A stretch of 63,990 nucleotides of DNA, counting the filler, from Folioceros fuciformis (lineage: Eukaryota), in assembly GCA_049999805.1 (NCBI GenBank). It is 5 parts of 4 records of this genome, joined end to end, with 100 filler letters (N's around TTAATTAATTAA, not from the genome) between each part and the next. Parts side by side here need not be neighbours in the genome. Positions count along the whole stretch, not along the records: positions 50,101 to 62,880 come from JBNGIO010006271.1; positions 62,981 to 63,990 come from JBNGIO010006376.1; 3 more parts are not named here. One strand, 5' to 3'. Position 1 is the first letter of the stretch, and every line of letters starts with the position of its first letter. Positions 50,101-63,192 of the stretch are shown one piece after another. The notes beneath the pieces are model-generated. The model had not been told where the DNA came from and searched no databases. It saw only the letters and a program-made list of their open reading frames with translations. A program made the position numbers and the translations under genes.

Positions 50101-50379
50101 TTGGCGTCTTGTTGATGGAAGCGTGTTGCCAGCCATGGTTACGGAGCATGCAAGGTGCTGGGAAGTGAGGTTTCCGAAGATCTGATCTCGTATGGCTCAT
50201 TGGAGGTTGTGGAGTCGATTGTTTGCCATCACTTGCGGCTGAGGGTTTTGCTTGGTCGGGTGAGGAGCAGCTGGAATATAGCTTTCAGGCAGGGAGGTGC
50301 ATGGCGTGTGGGCTTGTGCGGGAGTGAGGGCATGGCGCGTGTCGGTTCGGTGGCCTGAGGACTTGGAACGATCCGGGGG

Positions 50380-51168
50380 ATGGCCATCATAGAAGGAGTG
50401 GGAGACGAGGTGCTGTATGCAGCTCTGGCGGCTGTAGCCGCTGCTCCCTTGGTGTTCTTGTGCCTGGGGAATCCGCTGAACTCGTTGCAGAAGGGGGTGA
50501 CGGTGGTGCACAGGCTGTGGGAAGGATTCTACAGAGTGTTGAGGCGGGGGAGCGGGAGCTCGGGGGCGGAGGCGGGGGAAGGTGCGCCAAGTGGGAACAT
50601 GGATTCTCCTCCCGAAGGCGATGTGTGCGCTGTGTGCGGGGAGAATTTCGTTCTTCCGTGTCAGGCTAACTGTGCGCATTGGTTCTGCGGGGAATGTATC
50701 CTAAAAGTGTGGCGTCACAGCTCGGCTCTGCGGCCGTGTAGGTGCCCTATCTGCCGCCGTGGCATCAGTCTGCTCATCCCTAGCGAACAGCTTGCTTGTG
50801 TGCGTCGTGAGGCGGTACCTGATGTCGATCGGATACTGAGGGATATTGCCAAGTACAACCGGATTTTCGGTGGGGAGTCAGTGAACATGCTTCAAAGAAT
50901 TCGAGACATGCCTTTGTTGCTGTGCAGGTTGGCTTGGGATATGGTGGATCCGCAAAGGTCTGTGACAATGGTGACCAGAATCCATGTTCTTTTCTATGTT
51001 TTTTGCCTCGCTGTCTATGTCATTTCTCCCTTAGATCTGTTGCCGAAGGGTATACGGGGATTAATAGGGTTTTTGGATGAGCTTCTGGTGTTGGTGATTG
51101 TTGTGTTTCACGTACCCATGCTCTACCGCTCACTTCTTATACGGCTTCATGGAGGACACTATGATTGA
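50380..51168 (+). CDS. RNF170: RNF170-like membrane RING E3 ligase (C3HC4 + DUF1232-like), intronless
   Basis: IEGVGDEV N-terminus, CAVC...QANCAHWFCGECI...CPICRR, YNRIFGG, YVISPLDLLP.GI.GLIGFLD. Confidence 0.88.
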   Translation: MAIIEGVGDEVLYAALAAVAAAPLVFLCLGNPLNSLQKGVTVVHRLWEGFYRVLRRGSGSSGAEAGEGAPSGNMDSPPEGDVCAVCGENFVLPCQANCAHWFCGECILKVWRHSSALRPCRCPICRRGISLLIPSEQLACVRREAVPDVDRILRDIAKYNRIFGGESVNMLQRIRDMPLLLCRLAWDMVDPQRSVTMVTRIHVLFYVFCLAVYVISPLDLLPKGIRGLIGFLDELLVLVIVVFHVPMLYRSLLIRLHGGHYD

Positions 51169-51680
51169 TGCTTGGAACAATGTCGATCCTCCTCAAATTG
51201 TGTTTTTTGAACGAAAGTGGGTCTGGCGAGTTTGTAAGTAATTTCTTACTGCAGTCGTCTTCGTCAGGTTCGAGCTTTGACCTGTGTCCGAACACGAACA
51301 GGCTTCACCTTCTGCATCCCAGTGCCAAGATTTAATTGCCGTTTTCCAGTGTTCCTTTTGTGGGCATGTCATAGCTTTCTGATAATAATAATTGGTTGGT
51401 TGGAACAAATTGATCTATGCCTCCAGTGAGGCAATACGCTAAAGTGCTCTTAGGGTCCCCCAAGTAGTGGGGGAATATCTGGCTCTTGTGTCAACGGGGT
51501 TGCGGTAACCCCGTTGCAGTAACTCACCAGCATTTTCAACTTATATACGCAACTCTCGTCTCTGGACGTTGTGTCATCGGCTGCTCAATCATCAAGTATT
51601 CTCAAGGCACCTCATCCTCACTCACCCCATGTCACATCCAACGCATGGTTCAATTTAGCTGCTGCGTACTCCTCCACTCT

Positions 51681-51820
51681 TCAAAGGTTGTCCACGAATC
51701 TCGATTTCACCTTCATCAAAGGTTGTCCACGAATCTCGATTGCACCTTCATCAAAGGTTGTCCACGAATCTCGATTGCACCTTCATCAAAGGTTGTCCAC
51801 GGATCTCGATTGCACCTTCA
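51681..51820. repeat. 35-bp tandem repeat x4 (TCAAAGGTTGTCCACGAATCTCGATTGCACCTTCA)
   Basis: Units at 51681, 51716, 51751, 51786. Confidence 0.9.
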
Positions 51821-51834
51821 ACGCAAAGCTTTAA

Positions 51835-52035
51835 GTTTTAGGGTTTAAGGTTTAAACCCTAACTCTATATTTAGGGCTTAGGGTTTAAAAACTAATTATA
51901 GGTCAGAGTTTAGGGTTTCAANNNNNNNNNNNNNNNNNNNNNNNNNNNNNNNNNNNNNNNNNNNNNNNNNNNNNNNNNNNNNNNNNNNNNNNNNNNNNNN
52001 NNNNNNNNNNNNNNNNNNNNNTTTCAACCCTAACT
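51835..52035. repeat. degenerate interstitial telomere-like repeats (TTTAGGG/CCCTAA) running into a gap
   Basis: TTTAGGGTTT, AAACCCTAA, TTAGGGCTTAGGG around the N run. Confidence 0.65.
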
Positions 52036-53315
52036 CAGACATTCCACGCACTAGGACAAAGTTTCACACAAACAAGCATAACCACTGTAGCTTAGGAAAT
52101 ATTATATGACACACAATATGACGAGTACGAGTTCTAATTGCTGCTCAACTGAAACTCGTCAAATCCGTTTATGTGGTCTGTCTCTTTGTCCTACACCCTA
52201 AATACATTGTCTAGTAGAAATGGAATGTGATTGTGAACAGTTTCATACCTGAGTCCAAAAGCATCTGGTTTGCAAACTGTATATTGCAGCTCTTCAAACA
52301 ACCTTGAGCTCATGGAATTCAACTTGAGCTCATAGAATCCTGTTCGTCGAGGAATTCCCAAAATGCTCATCTATGTGCTCTTCCTCGTAAGATAGGATGG
52401 TTTCATGGAATCCAGCTTGTCAAGGAATTTGCAAAATGCTTCAACTACTTGCTCTTCCTCATTATAATTTTTTTTCCTTGGTCTATCTATGCGGTGTGAA
52501 CCTGAATAGAAATAATGTGTTATATTTTGTAACATATTGTTCAACATTCGTGATTTATAACAAAGACTTGGTCAACTTTTAAAGTGTTTTATTTTTGCAT
52601 GTTGCTTGATCGTGCAAAGGTATATTTGAGTTAACAGTGATTTGAGCCCTGCAATGGCTATTACAATATGTTTAAGGATGAACAAGATTGTGTACCTTTG
52701 AGTTCACGATTCCAATCAAGTGTGTGGAATGTGGTTAACATGATCATGGCCACCAAAAACATTAATCTCCAGCAGCAAAATGAGGTCGAACAAACAAGCT
52801 CGACAGTTCCAAGAAAAGCATTAGAGGAGGAAGATCATGGGAATCATCAAAAGAGAAAAAGAGAAAAAGGCATATGGAAAGGCAAGAGAACTGGGGACAT
52901 GAAGAAGGTGAGTCTCTTCCTTTCCCTTTTGGTCCTCTCTCACCTTGCTTCATGTAGGATGATGATCGACACTTTTCAGAGTCTAATGCCAACTTAGACC
53001 AGGTTGAAGATGTTGTTGAGGTACACATATTATTCAAATTTGCTTACTACTACCCATCTTCGTTAATTTCTATTAAGATTTTTGTACTGTCGTAACCTTG
53101 TTCAATTAAACACTTTCTAGATGTGTGTAATCCAACCGTGGGCTTGGGCTATACATTTGTGGATTCTAGGATTAGACAACTAAAGAACATAACAACCTCG
53201 ACAAGTACTTCAAAGTGTGTATTCTTTATTGCTTTCCTTATCGTAGCTAATTGATTCTATGGAAGGAAGCAAACTGAAGAAGCGAACAAAGAGTGTGTAA
53301 AGAAATATTATATAC

Positions 53316-56300
53316 AGTAATGGCACAAGTAAAATAAAGTGAAAGTTAAAAGTAGAAAGGTGAAAGCTAAATCTAGAGCTGTCTTGATGAAGAAGCAAGT
53401 ATGCTTCTTGCTGCCTTTGGAAACAAAATGTGTGTTCCAGGCAAAACCTCCTAAGAAGGATGGAGTTGTAATGACCACTAGTATTTTGAGATGAGTGGTG
53501 TGTATCAATCCCAGCTTTAGCAGTGGCTTAGCTCTGGAGTATAAATAGGCCAGTGTTAGGTTCTTAAGGATATATTGTGATACTGTGATACACTGATACA
53601 TAGAGAGACAAAGAGAGAGGTAGATAGTGAGAAGTCTAGCCTTGAGGCATAGTTGTGGAGAGCTTGAGGAGCAAGCTGATCAGATTGAGTCTAGGGCAAT
53701 AGTCAGTGGGGCGTAGACCGCCAAACTCTTTTGTAAGTATCTTGAATAAAGAGCAGCACGTAGAGGAGGTGGTCTACGAGTCGTCAGTGGACGGTGGGCT
53801 ACTTGGAGCCTAGTGCTGAGTCGTGAGAAAGGGAGTGAGTGATTTGTAAGTGGAGCGCTGCGGAGTGAATAGACGAGATTCGAGGCCGTTGCTTCCTTTT
53901 ACGCTGCATAAGGAAGGGGGCGTTACTTAGTTGGTATCAGAGCATAGTCTATTCCTCCAAGATGGCTAAGCGCCATAAGATGCAGATACGAGAGGTTTCT
54001 CCTAATCCCCCATCTCAACAACTTGAAGAGAATCAAGGCAAGGAGATGCCGCCTACCGACTCAGCAGGACCATCCGGAGACAAATCTGAAGATTGGAAGA
54101 CGCAAATGATGGTCGCTTTACGACAAATTCTTCCCAAAGTATTGCCTGAAGTTCTCCAAGATTTGACAGCATCTGGGAAAAAGGCAAGGAAGGATCCACA
54201 GCCTCTAGCTCTACAAAATGAGGAAGCAGAAGACAATCAAGATCCTTTTCATATCTTCAAAGTAGTTCCGAGGGCAAATTTGAAGTTGGCCGTGCCAGAT
54301 AAGTATGAGGGAGTAAGGGATCTACAAGTTATTGATTCCTGGATTTACTCTATTGAAAGCTATCTTGCCTCATCTGGCCTGGAGCCTAAGCATTACTTAG
54401 GAACTGTGGGCAACTTTCTCAAAGGGTATGCTTTGGTGTGGTGGCGAAGTTATTGTGCTAATGTAACCCAGGGAAAATCGAGCACACACCATCACAGACT
54501 GGGCATCTTTTAAAGAGGCCTTGAAGAAGCAATTTCAACCTGCGAATGCTTTGCGCTTGAGCCGACAGCTGCTTGATAATATAATGCAAACAGGTACTGT
54601 ACGGGAATATGTAAGTGCCTTCAGTGAAGCTGTTATGCATTGTACTTTAATGAGTGAAGTTGACAAACTACATCGCTTCATGGTTGGTTTGAAGGACTGG
54701 GCTGCTAACAGAATTGAGTTGTATAGTCCAATGACCTTGGCAGAGGCCATAACAGCAGCAGATGCTATCCCAGATACCTTTCATTCCAACACATCCAACT
54801 CCTCACGAAGATTTCGAGGTAATACCCGTGGACGGTATATGCAAACTAGGGTTTCTTCCAACAATGTTGGTAGAGGGACTCCCAAGGATAATGAAAGAAG
54901 TACAGTTGCAAGAGGCAACTCCAGTGGGAGCTTCCGTGGGAGAAATCGAGGAGTGCGCAAGGGGCGCGGAGCTCAGAGAACAGTGACAATGGGTTCTCGA
55001 AAAGGAGTTTGTTTTGCTTGTGGAGAGCCGGGACATTATGCGAATGAATACCCCAATACTCAACAAACTTTGAATGTTGTTCAAGACAACCCACAGCCCA
55101 AAAGATTTAGGATTACAAAAATATTCGGATCTAAAAATCCCAAGTGACGGGATTGGCCACATGTTGCACAGGCTACATGTGGTGAGTCTGAAGATGCTGA
55201 TGACAGCATTATTCATAGGGCGAGTGGAGAGCTCATGTATATAGAAGGATGTGTGAATCGTGAAGAAGCGAAGATGTTGCTCGATCTAGCAACAACACAT
55301 AATTTCATTTCTCCTGGCAGAGCAAGTAAGCTTGGTTTAACATGGGCTAGTACTTCAGAGCCATGTACAATGAAACAAGCAAAAGGAAAGCTGCAGTTCT
55401 TAGGACAGCTGGAAAAAGTCCCTTTGCAGACAGGCAATTGGACAGGAGAAGCAAGCTTCACAGTTGTAGATATGGATGATCACGAAATCATCTTGGGCTT
55501 AGAATGGATGAAGGCCAATAAGGTATCTGTAGAAGTGGACTCACGCACCATACAGATCTTAGGAGATGAAAAGCACAAAGTGAGTTGTGCAGTTCTTGAG
55601 CATCAGCTTGGGCACAAGATTGATGAAGTCATCTCTAAAAAAGAGCTCAAGCGTTGTGTTAAAAATGGAGAGGAACTCTATTTGTTGGTGTTGCAAGGAC
55701 TAGAAGATGCTCGGAACTCTATTTGTTGGTGTTGCAAGGACTAGAAGATGCTCTTGAGATGGAATCCCAGAAGCAACCAAAGATTCCAAAGGAGATATAG
55801 GCTATCTTAGATGAGTTTAAAGACTTGATGCCTACTGAGTTACCTCCTTTACCTCAACGGAGAGTTGTAGATCATGAAATTGATCTAAAGCCAGGAAGTG
55901 TACCGCCATCAAGAGTGCCATATAGATTGTCGCTATATGAGCTTCAAGAGTTGAAGAGACAAATGTCTAACTTGTTAGCCAAGGGCTATGTTAGAGTCTC
56001 AAAATCCCCATTTGGTGCGCCAGTATTGTTTACGCGAAAGAAGAATGGAGGATTAAGGTTATGCTTGGATTACAGAGCACTCAACCAGATAACAGTCAAG
56101 AATTCCTATCCTTTGCCAAGGATGGATGATATGTTTGACAGGTTGAAAGGTGCTAAGTATTTTACCAGACTGGATTTGATGGCTGGTTATTACCAGATTC
56201 GCATCGCAGAAGGACATGAATACAAAACTGCTTGTAGGACAAGGTATGGATCTTTTGAATTTCTAGTCATGCCATTTGGACTCACTAATGCACCAGCCAC

Positions 56301-59212
56301 ATTTCAGACTCTCATGAATAGTACATTTAGAGATCTGTTGGATGAGTGTGTTGTGATCTACTTGGATGACATTTTGATATTCAGTTCTACTTTAGAGGAG
56401 CATGTCCAACACTTGAGGAAAGTATTGGAAAGGTTAAGGGCAAATTCTTTGTTCTTAGCTATAACAAAGTGTGACTTTGTTAAGGAAGAGATAGACTTCC
56501 TTGGATTCATTGTCTCTACTGATGGAATAAGGATGGATCCTGATAAGGTAAAAGCCATACAGAGTTTCTTCTTCTCTTGAAGAAGGCGAAGACTTGGAAG
56601 TGGGATGAGGAATGTCAAAGCGCATTCGAGGTTCTCAAGTTGAAACTCAGCAGTACCCCATTATTAGCAATCTATGATCCAAAGAAAGATATAGAAGTGT
56701 ATACTGATGCGTCAGATACTGCTATTGGAGGAGTGCTTATGCAAGAAGGCAGGCCAGTGGCTTACGAATCAAGAAAGTTGCATGAACATGAGAAGAAATA
56801 CCCCACATATGAGAAGGAGATGACAGCCGTCATCAATTGTCTCAAGATTTGGAGACACTATCTTCTTGGAAGATCTTTTGTGCTGTACACAAATAATGTA
56901 AGTACAAGCTTCTTTTCTAATCAGCTACGATTAAATGGAAGACAAGCTAGATGGCAAGATTTCCTAGCAATGTATGATGTGGAGATTAAGTACAAGCCAG
57001 GGAAGGAAAATCTCGTGGCAGATGCTCTCTATCGTAAGCAGGAGTTGAGTTTAATGTCTGTTTTTAAGCTGAAGAATCCTAAGCTAGCTACAACACAAAT
57101 GGTGATTGAGCCAAGGGACACTCACACGTAGATTAAGGAGGCTTATCTGCGCGATCCACTAGTGCAAGATTGGATCAATGATGTGGAGCAACCGGGGTCT
57201 AAGTTTAAGCTTAGAAATGGCTTGTTAATGTTCAAGCAAAACAGGATTGTGATTCCTGATTCTCAAGAGTTGAGAAAAAAGTTGCTTGCAGAATGTCACG
57301 ATGTGCCAAGCGCTGGTCATCGGGGAATTGACACAACTTTTGAGAAGTTGAAGAAGCTGTTTTACTGGCCTGGATTGTACAAACATATTGTAGAGTATGT
57401 GAAGTCTTGTGTAGACTGTCAATAGGATAAGGTAGAACATACAAATCCACAAGGTTTGTTGCAACCCTTGCCTATTCCAAGTGGGCCTTGGAAGAGTATA
57501 TCATTGGATTTTGTTATGCCATTGCCACCCAGTAATGGATACACAACTATCATGACAGTAGGTTCAGCAAGCAAGCACACTTTATCCCCACGAAGAAGCA
57601 AGTGAAGGCTTTAGAAGTTGCTCAATTGTTTAAGAAGCATGTCTATGTGTTACATGGATTGCCTATGCAAATTGTGAGTGATAGAGATCCCAGATTCACA
57701 GCGGAAATTTGGCAACAGCTTATGAAGAGCTTGGGAGTGCAACTATGTTTAAGCACAACATATCACCCTCATACAGATGGATCTACAGAAAGGGTACATA
57801 GAATCCAAGAGGAATACTTACGACACTATGTACAAATGGACCAGAGGAACTGGAGTAATCATCTTGAGGATGCAGAGTTTTGTTATAACAATACTGTACA
57901 TAGCTCTACAGGCTATACACCTTTTCAGATGATAGGTAACGAAGCAATGGACGCAGTTTCCATGTTGAATGTAGCATGTTTGAGACAGCAGCAAGAGAAC
58001 CACGTGAATTTATTGAGCAGTTAAGGGCCAGGCATGAAATTGCTAAGAGGATTTTGGCCAAAGCTCAAGACAGGCAAAAGAAGTTTGCTGATAGGCGTAG
58101 GAAAGAGGCAGAATTTCAAGTGGGTGATAAGGTTTGGGTGAAGTTGAAGCACTTCCCAGTACCTCAGGGATTGTCCCCAAAGTTAAGGCCTAAGTATGGA
58201 GGTCCTTTTGTAGTTCTGAAGCGCATTGGTAATGTGGCTTACAAACTACAACTGCCTAATTGCATCTTCTCTCATGATGTGTTTCATGTCTCTTTGCTGA
58301 AACCGTTTGTGATTTCGAAAGAGAATGAAGACATGAATAGGAAAGACTATGTTATTCTGGTTCAATAGAACCATAGTCTGCAGGAGATTGTTGAATTCCT
58401 AGCAGAAAGAGAAGTGCCTTCTGTCCGTGGTAATGTTCTAGAGTATCTAGTAAGGCTTCGTGATTTTGCAGATCCTGTCTGGGTTTCACTTTAAGATGTG
58501 CAACAAGGATCATGGATGATCTCACGTTATACTACAGGTCATTGAGGACAATGACATCTTCACAGTGGGGGAGAGAGTAATGACACAAGTGAAATAAAAT
58601 GAAAGTTAAAAGTAGAAAGATAAAAGCTAAATCTAGAGCTGTCTTGATGAAGAAGCAAGTATGCTTCTTACTGCCTTTGGAAACAAAATGTGTGTTCCAG
58701 GCAAAACCTCCTAAGAAGGATGGAGTTGTAATGACCACTAGTATTAAGAAGGATGGAGTTATAATGACCACTAGTATTAAGAAGGATGCAATTGTAATGA
58801 CCACTAGTATTTTGGGATAAGTAATGTGTATCCTGTGGAGTAAAAATAGGCCAGTGTTAGGTTCTTATTGTGGAATAGGCCATTGTTAGGTTCTTATTGT
58901 GGAATAGGCCAGTGTTAGGTTCTTATTGTGATACTGTCATACCTACACTGATACACAGAGAGAGAGGTAGACAGGTAGACAATGAGAAAAGACATACATT
59001 GATACAGAGAGAGAGAGGTAGACAATGAGAAGAGAGGTAGACAATGAGAAGAGAGGTANNNNNNNNNNTGAGAAGAGAGGTAGACAATGAGAAGAGAGGT
59101 AGACAATGAGAAGAGGAGGGCTTGAGGAGCAAGCTGGTCAGCACCAACTTGCTCTCCACAATAAGCCCTTGCCCTGAAGGTGTTATCCCTTGTCCTAGTT
59201 CGAGGGTGTGAC
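53316..59212 (+). mobile_element. near full-length decayed Ty3/Gypsy (chromovirus-type) LTR retrotransposon
   Basis: 5' LTR 53316-53927; PBS TGGTATCAGAGC 53932-53943; gag (CFACGEPGH); protease (LLDLATTHNFI); RT (LCLDYRALN, YLDD); RNase H (TDASD..IGGVL); integrase (H..P.AGH, GPF motif); chromodomain-like remnant; PPT GGGGGAGAG; 3' LTR from 58576. Confidence 0.92.
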
Positions 59213-59277
59213 AGGTTGGTCACCATCTTTCAATTCTTTATCACAGATGAGCGCCTACTGAAGCTTGGATGCGGTGA

Positions 59278-62200
59278 CTACTCTCCCTTCACGTTGTGTT
59301 GGACCGCGCCTTCATCGTCTTGAAACGTGACCTGAGCAGTTGAAGAAGTTTCAGGATTCTCTACACTGCCCGGTCCACGCACAAAATTATCAGCCTCGGA
59401 ATCATCAAGATCAACGGAGGGCACACTTCCATCATTGTGTGCATCNNNNNNNNNNCTGTCCCCTGCAAGATATTCCCGCTTGACAACAGCATCTGCTGCA
59501 TTGTTTTTCGCGCTGGACTGTTGTCTTCTCTTCTTGCCACCATGCAATATTGAGACCATCCCTCCTTGAGCACTACCAACATCGATCTCCTCAAGCTCAT
59601 CATCTCCAGACCCTTCACTGGATGCGGGTCCACTTTCTGCAAGCTCAATCCCCTTCTGAAGACACTCAGATAATGCAGCCTGGGAGCCTTCACTGATTGG
59701 TCCCACGGAAGCTTCATTGAGTTCCTTGTTCTTGCGTACGGAATCCTGCAAGGCCCGCAAGGTATACAAGCATGAAATATCTTAAGAAGCCACAGGTCCC
59801 ATAGCAGAAACAACCCATGAGCATACAAAGCGGGAAAATAGTGTTCCACAGGCCTGAAAGATACCCCTCGATATGTATCAGCAGCATCTGAAGCAGGTTC
59901 AGGAGGTTTCTCCTCCACAGTTACAGCTACAAGCAACTTTCCCATCTTAACACCCCGAAGGCGATGCCACTTAAGATGACGGGCACCACCCCTGAAATTT
60001 GTCATGGTCAAGACGCAATAACTGCAAAAAACAGGGAGTTTGTCATGTTCATTCTAAAATACATCTGCTGACTATACGATCCTTGAGCGCACACCTACCC
60101 CAACTCATCGTCATGGAAGCGGTCTTTATCTCGAACTCTAAGAACCAACAAGTTTGGCAAATCCCAGCTTGCAATCGGGAGGACAAAATCTTCTTTCCAC
60201 ATCGGGTCTAAAGTCTTCTGCTTTATGGTTGTTTTGATGCGTGTTAAACCCATTGAACCTTTCACAAAAGGATCTGCCAGACCTGCAGACCAGAGCAATA
60301 CATCCAAAGCCATATGTCGTGAGGCAACTGCCCCCATTTGCACGAGCAACTCAAAGTTTCCATACCATTTGGATCTGAGGGCTTGAGATTTTTCCCCTTC
60401 AAAATTTCGAGCCGAACAATTGCAATTGGAGCCCTCTCTTCCAAATGGAACCAATCAGCTGTCAAAATAAGAAGCCACAAAACCATTCGATAACGTGATG
60501 AACCAATCGAGACACTTAGTTGTCTGGCTAAAACCTTCATAGACAGCGCATAGTCTACCTGATTGAACAGGGACAGTCCCTGTTGCAGCGGGTGGCATAA
60601 GAAACGCAAGAATTTTCTCGACATCAATCACCATCATATTGGGCTGCACTTGTCACAGGCACGGAACATGACACGGTTATGCTCGAACCTGATAATCAAC
60701 ACAGCACTGCGGAAGAGAGCGAGTACACCCACTATTCAACAACCAAGTCTATAACCTTAGCGACAAATTCACTATTCCATGAAGGTAAACTCAAGGGTCG
60801 CTCACCTCAACAAGAGATCTCTCCATGGCATCTGCAAACATTCTATCCTGAGTTGTCATGACACGAGACATTTAAGTCGTTTGTGCACGGTGCAATGCTC
60901 TACACGAAAGGCAACACAAACTTCAAACAAAATCTATCCCAACTTACCACCCACTTCGCAATTCCCGGAAGCTCAGACACATCAATCCCATAGTTGAAGA
61001 TAGGACGTACTGTAAGTTGCAAACGGGGTGCATCCTCAAAGCATAGAGAAACCCGTTCGATGAATGGATAGTGTGATAAAAATTTGAGACCGACTCGAAT
61101 CTGTGACAGATGAAAGCGGCAGTTGAAGATATAAGCAAGCGGTTCCACTTCTACATACTGTGCGTGGTGCCAGTAGCTTCAGTTCAAGATCTTTCACAAC
61201 TCTTACCTTGCCCTCAAGCTGCAACCTGGATAAGTGGAAAGTTGTCCACAAGCCAAACCCAAGGCGTTTTCTCAACTGAACGGCTAGGATTGCACTCATG
61301 TCACGTGCTCCTTCGAAGGCGAGTTTCATGTCCAGCACCTGCCTAGAAGCAAACGCCATGCTTACCATCAGTCATCATCCAGTCCAGATCCCAGGGCACA
61401 AGGATTCGCCATCCTACCACGGTATATCCCAGTGCAGGCATCTCGGTGCATTGTATGTCTGTGAACATTGGCGGGCTGCTTCCCAGATGCAGATGATGCA
61501 ACATGGCTTTCTTCTGCAATAAGAAAACACACGTCCCATCACGACACAGCATATTCAAACACGATCTGAAAAATTCCTGCTAACGTGGGCAGCTGACGAG
61601 AACTCATGCCGAGAAAAAACTCCGATTGAGACATCGCCAGCATATTACATGTCAGATCAGAAGACATACCGCAGACCACGGTTTGTACTTTTCAAGAAAC
61701 CATGGCGTCAGGCGCATGAGAAATTCTTGGGACGCAAATCGCTCCAAACAAATAGGCCATATTCTCTCAACAGCTTGATTTAACCAAGCAACGGTCTCCT
61801 TCTCCGCTAGCTGCAAGAAACAATTCTCGTCAAAATTAACCTCTACAACACAGAGGACACAAGAAGCAAACTTCTGCAACTGCCCTGTCCTTTCAAAGCA
61901 GCCCATCCACCAACTTAGCAGGACTGAGCAGCATCACCTTCTTTTTGTCCGCTCTTCTTCGTTCTTCAAACCGAATTCTTTGCAAAACCTTCTGACGCTG
62001 CCTAGAGTCAACCTGTGTCCAAGGTGAGCAGCAAAAAAAAAAGCACAATCTCGCATTTAATAGTCCATCACGGGAAGCTCTTTCACAGTACATGAGTAGA
62101 AGCAAAAATAATCTGAGAAAAGCAACAAGGAAACCAATCAGACCTGGTGCAGGAAACCAAATCCCAACAGGAGCATAAACGGGAGACTGGCCCCGAAAGC

Positions 62201-62287
62201 AACTGCAATCCAAACCGCAGCTAACACCGCGGCAACATGGCAGATAAAAGGCCATGTGAGCAATAATTCCAAGATGTGGATCACCAT
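59278..62287 (-). CDS. N-terminal TM, SMP and C2 domain protein (NTMC2T6 / At1g53590-like), multi-exon
   Basis: TM exon MVIHILELLLTWPFICHVAAV...; ETVAWLNQAVERIWPICLE..ASQ; LRKRLGFG; GIDVSELPGIA; C2 LKPSDPNG|LADPFVKG...KTLDPMWKEDF...VRDKD. Confidence 0.88.
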
Positions 62288-62880
62288 GAAAGCCACCAAC
62301 TCCAGTACTCCCCTCCCCTTCTGAATCCTTCTCTTCTGCTCTTCTTGAGTCCGTCGCTTCCATCCACCACCAATTCACCTCAACAAATCCGAACTCTGCT
62401 CTCCTCTGCGGCTGTACCAGGGAGAAATCCACGCCAACTCAAACACAAAACTTCCCGTCTGCATCTCGTCCTCTAAAAGCACCTGTCCACAGGAATGTGT
62501 CAAATAAAATTCTGCAGAAGAGAAGAATGCACAAACTCCCTCTTGTCACGATCTACCTGCCAAGGACTGCACTCACCACCGTAATCCTCGCCTTGCCTGC
62601 CACTTCCATCCACAAATCAACAAAATCCGACGCTCGCTTAAATACTAAAATCAATAATCACAAGGGGTTCCCAATCCAACCATCCCCAAATCCGAAACCA
62701 ATCTGCGAACACCCAGTCTGATAGCTCGCCAGCAGTACAGGCACCGCTGTCTCCAAAGCAAGCATCACGCGACCTGCTATTGGCGGTGGTCGGGGTCGCG
62801 TCACCGGCAATTCTGGTCCCTGACACGTAGTACGTACACTGCAGTACATGCCGCGTGGCCTCAGGCCCTGGTCCCATTGG

Positions 62881-62980
62881 NNNNNNNNNNNNNNNNNNNN
62901 NNNNNNNNNNNNNNNNNNNNNNNNTTAATTAATTAANNNNNNNNNNNNNNNNNNNNNNNNNNNNNNNNNNNNNNNNNNNN
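62881..62980. other. artificial contig-joining linker
   Basis: N44-TTAATTAATTAA-N44. Confidence 0.97.
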
Positions 62981-63192
62981 TGCAGGGGTGCAGCGAAAAC
63001 ATGCTAGGCTTGCTACAAAGTTGTGAAGTACCTAGTCCCACAGAGCGAAATGCCCTCAAGTGCACGATCATCCAATTCTTCTTCTTCTTCTTCGTCTTCT
63101 TGTTAGGGGAACAATGGTACTTGCCACCACGAAAAATCTGCACTCCACTAGGAATCCGCCTGGCACTGGCTACACTCACTTCTTCATTTTCC

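Noticed and set aside
51681-51820. 35-bp repeats as a CRISPR array
   Set aside because: No spacers; simple minisatellite.
52397-53310. Short ORFs before the Gypsy 5' LTR
   Set aside because: AT-rich, no recognisable domain; cannot support a gene call.
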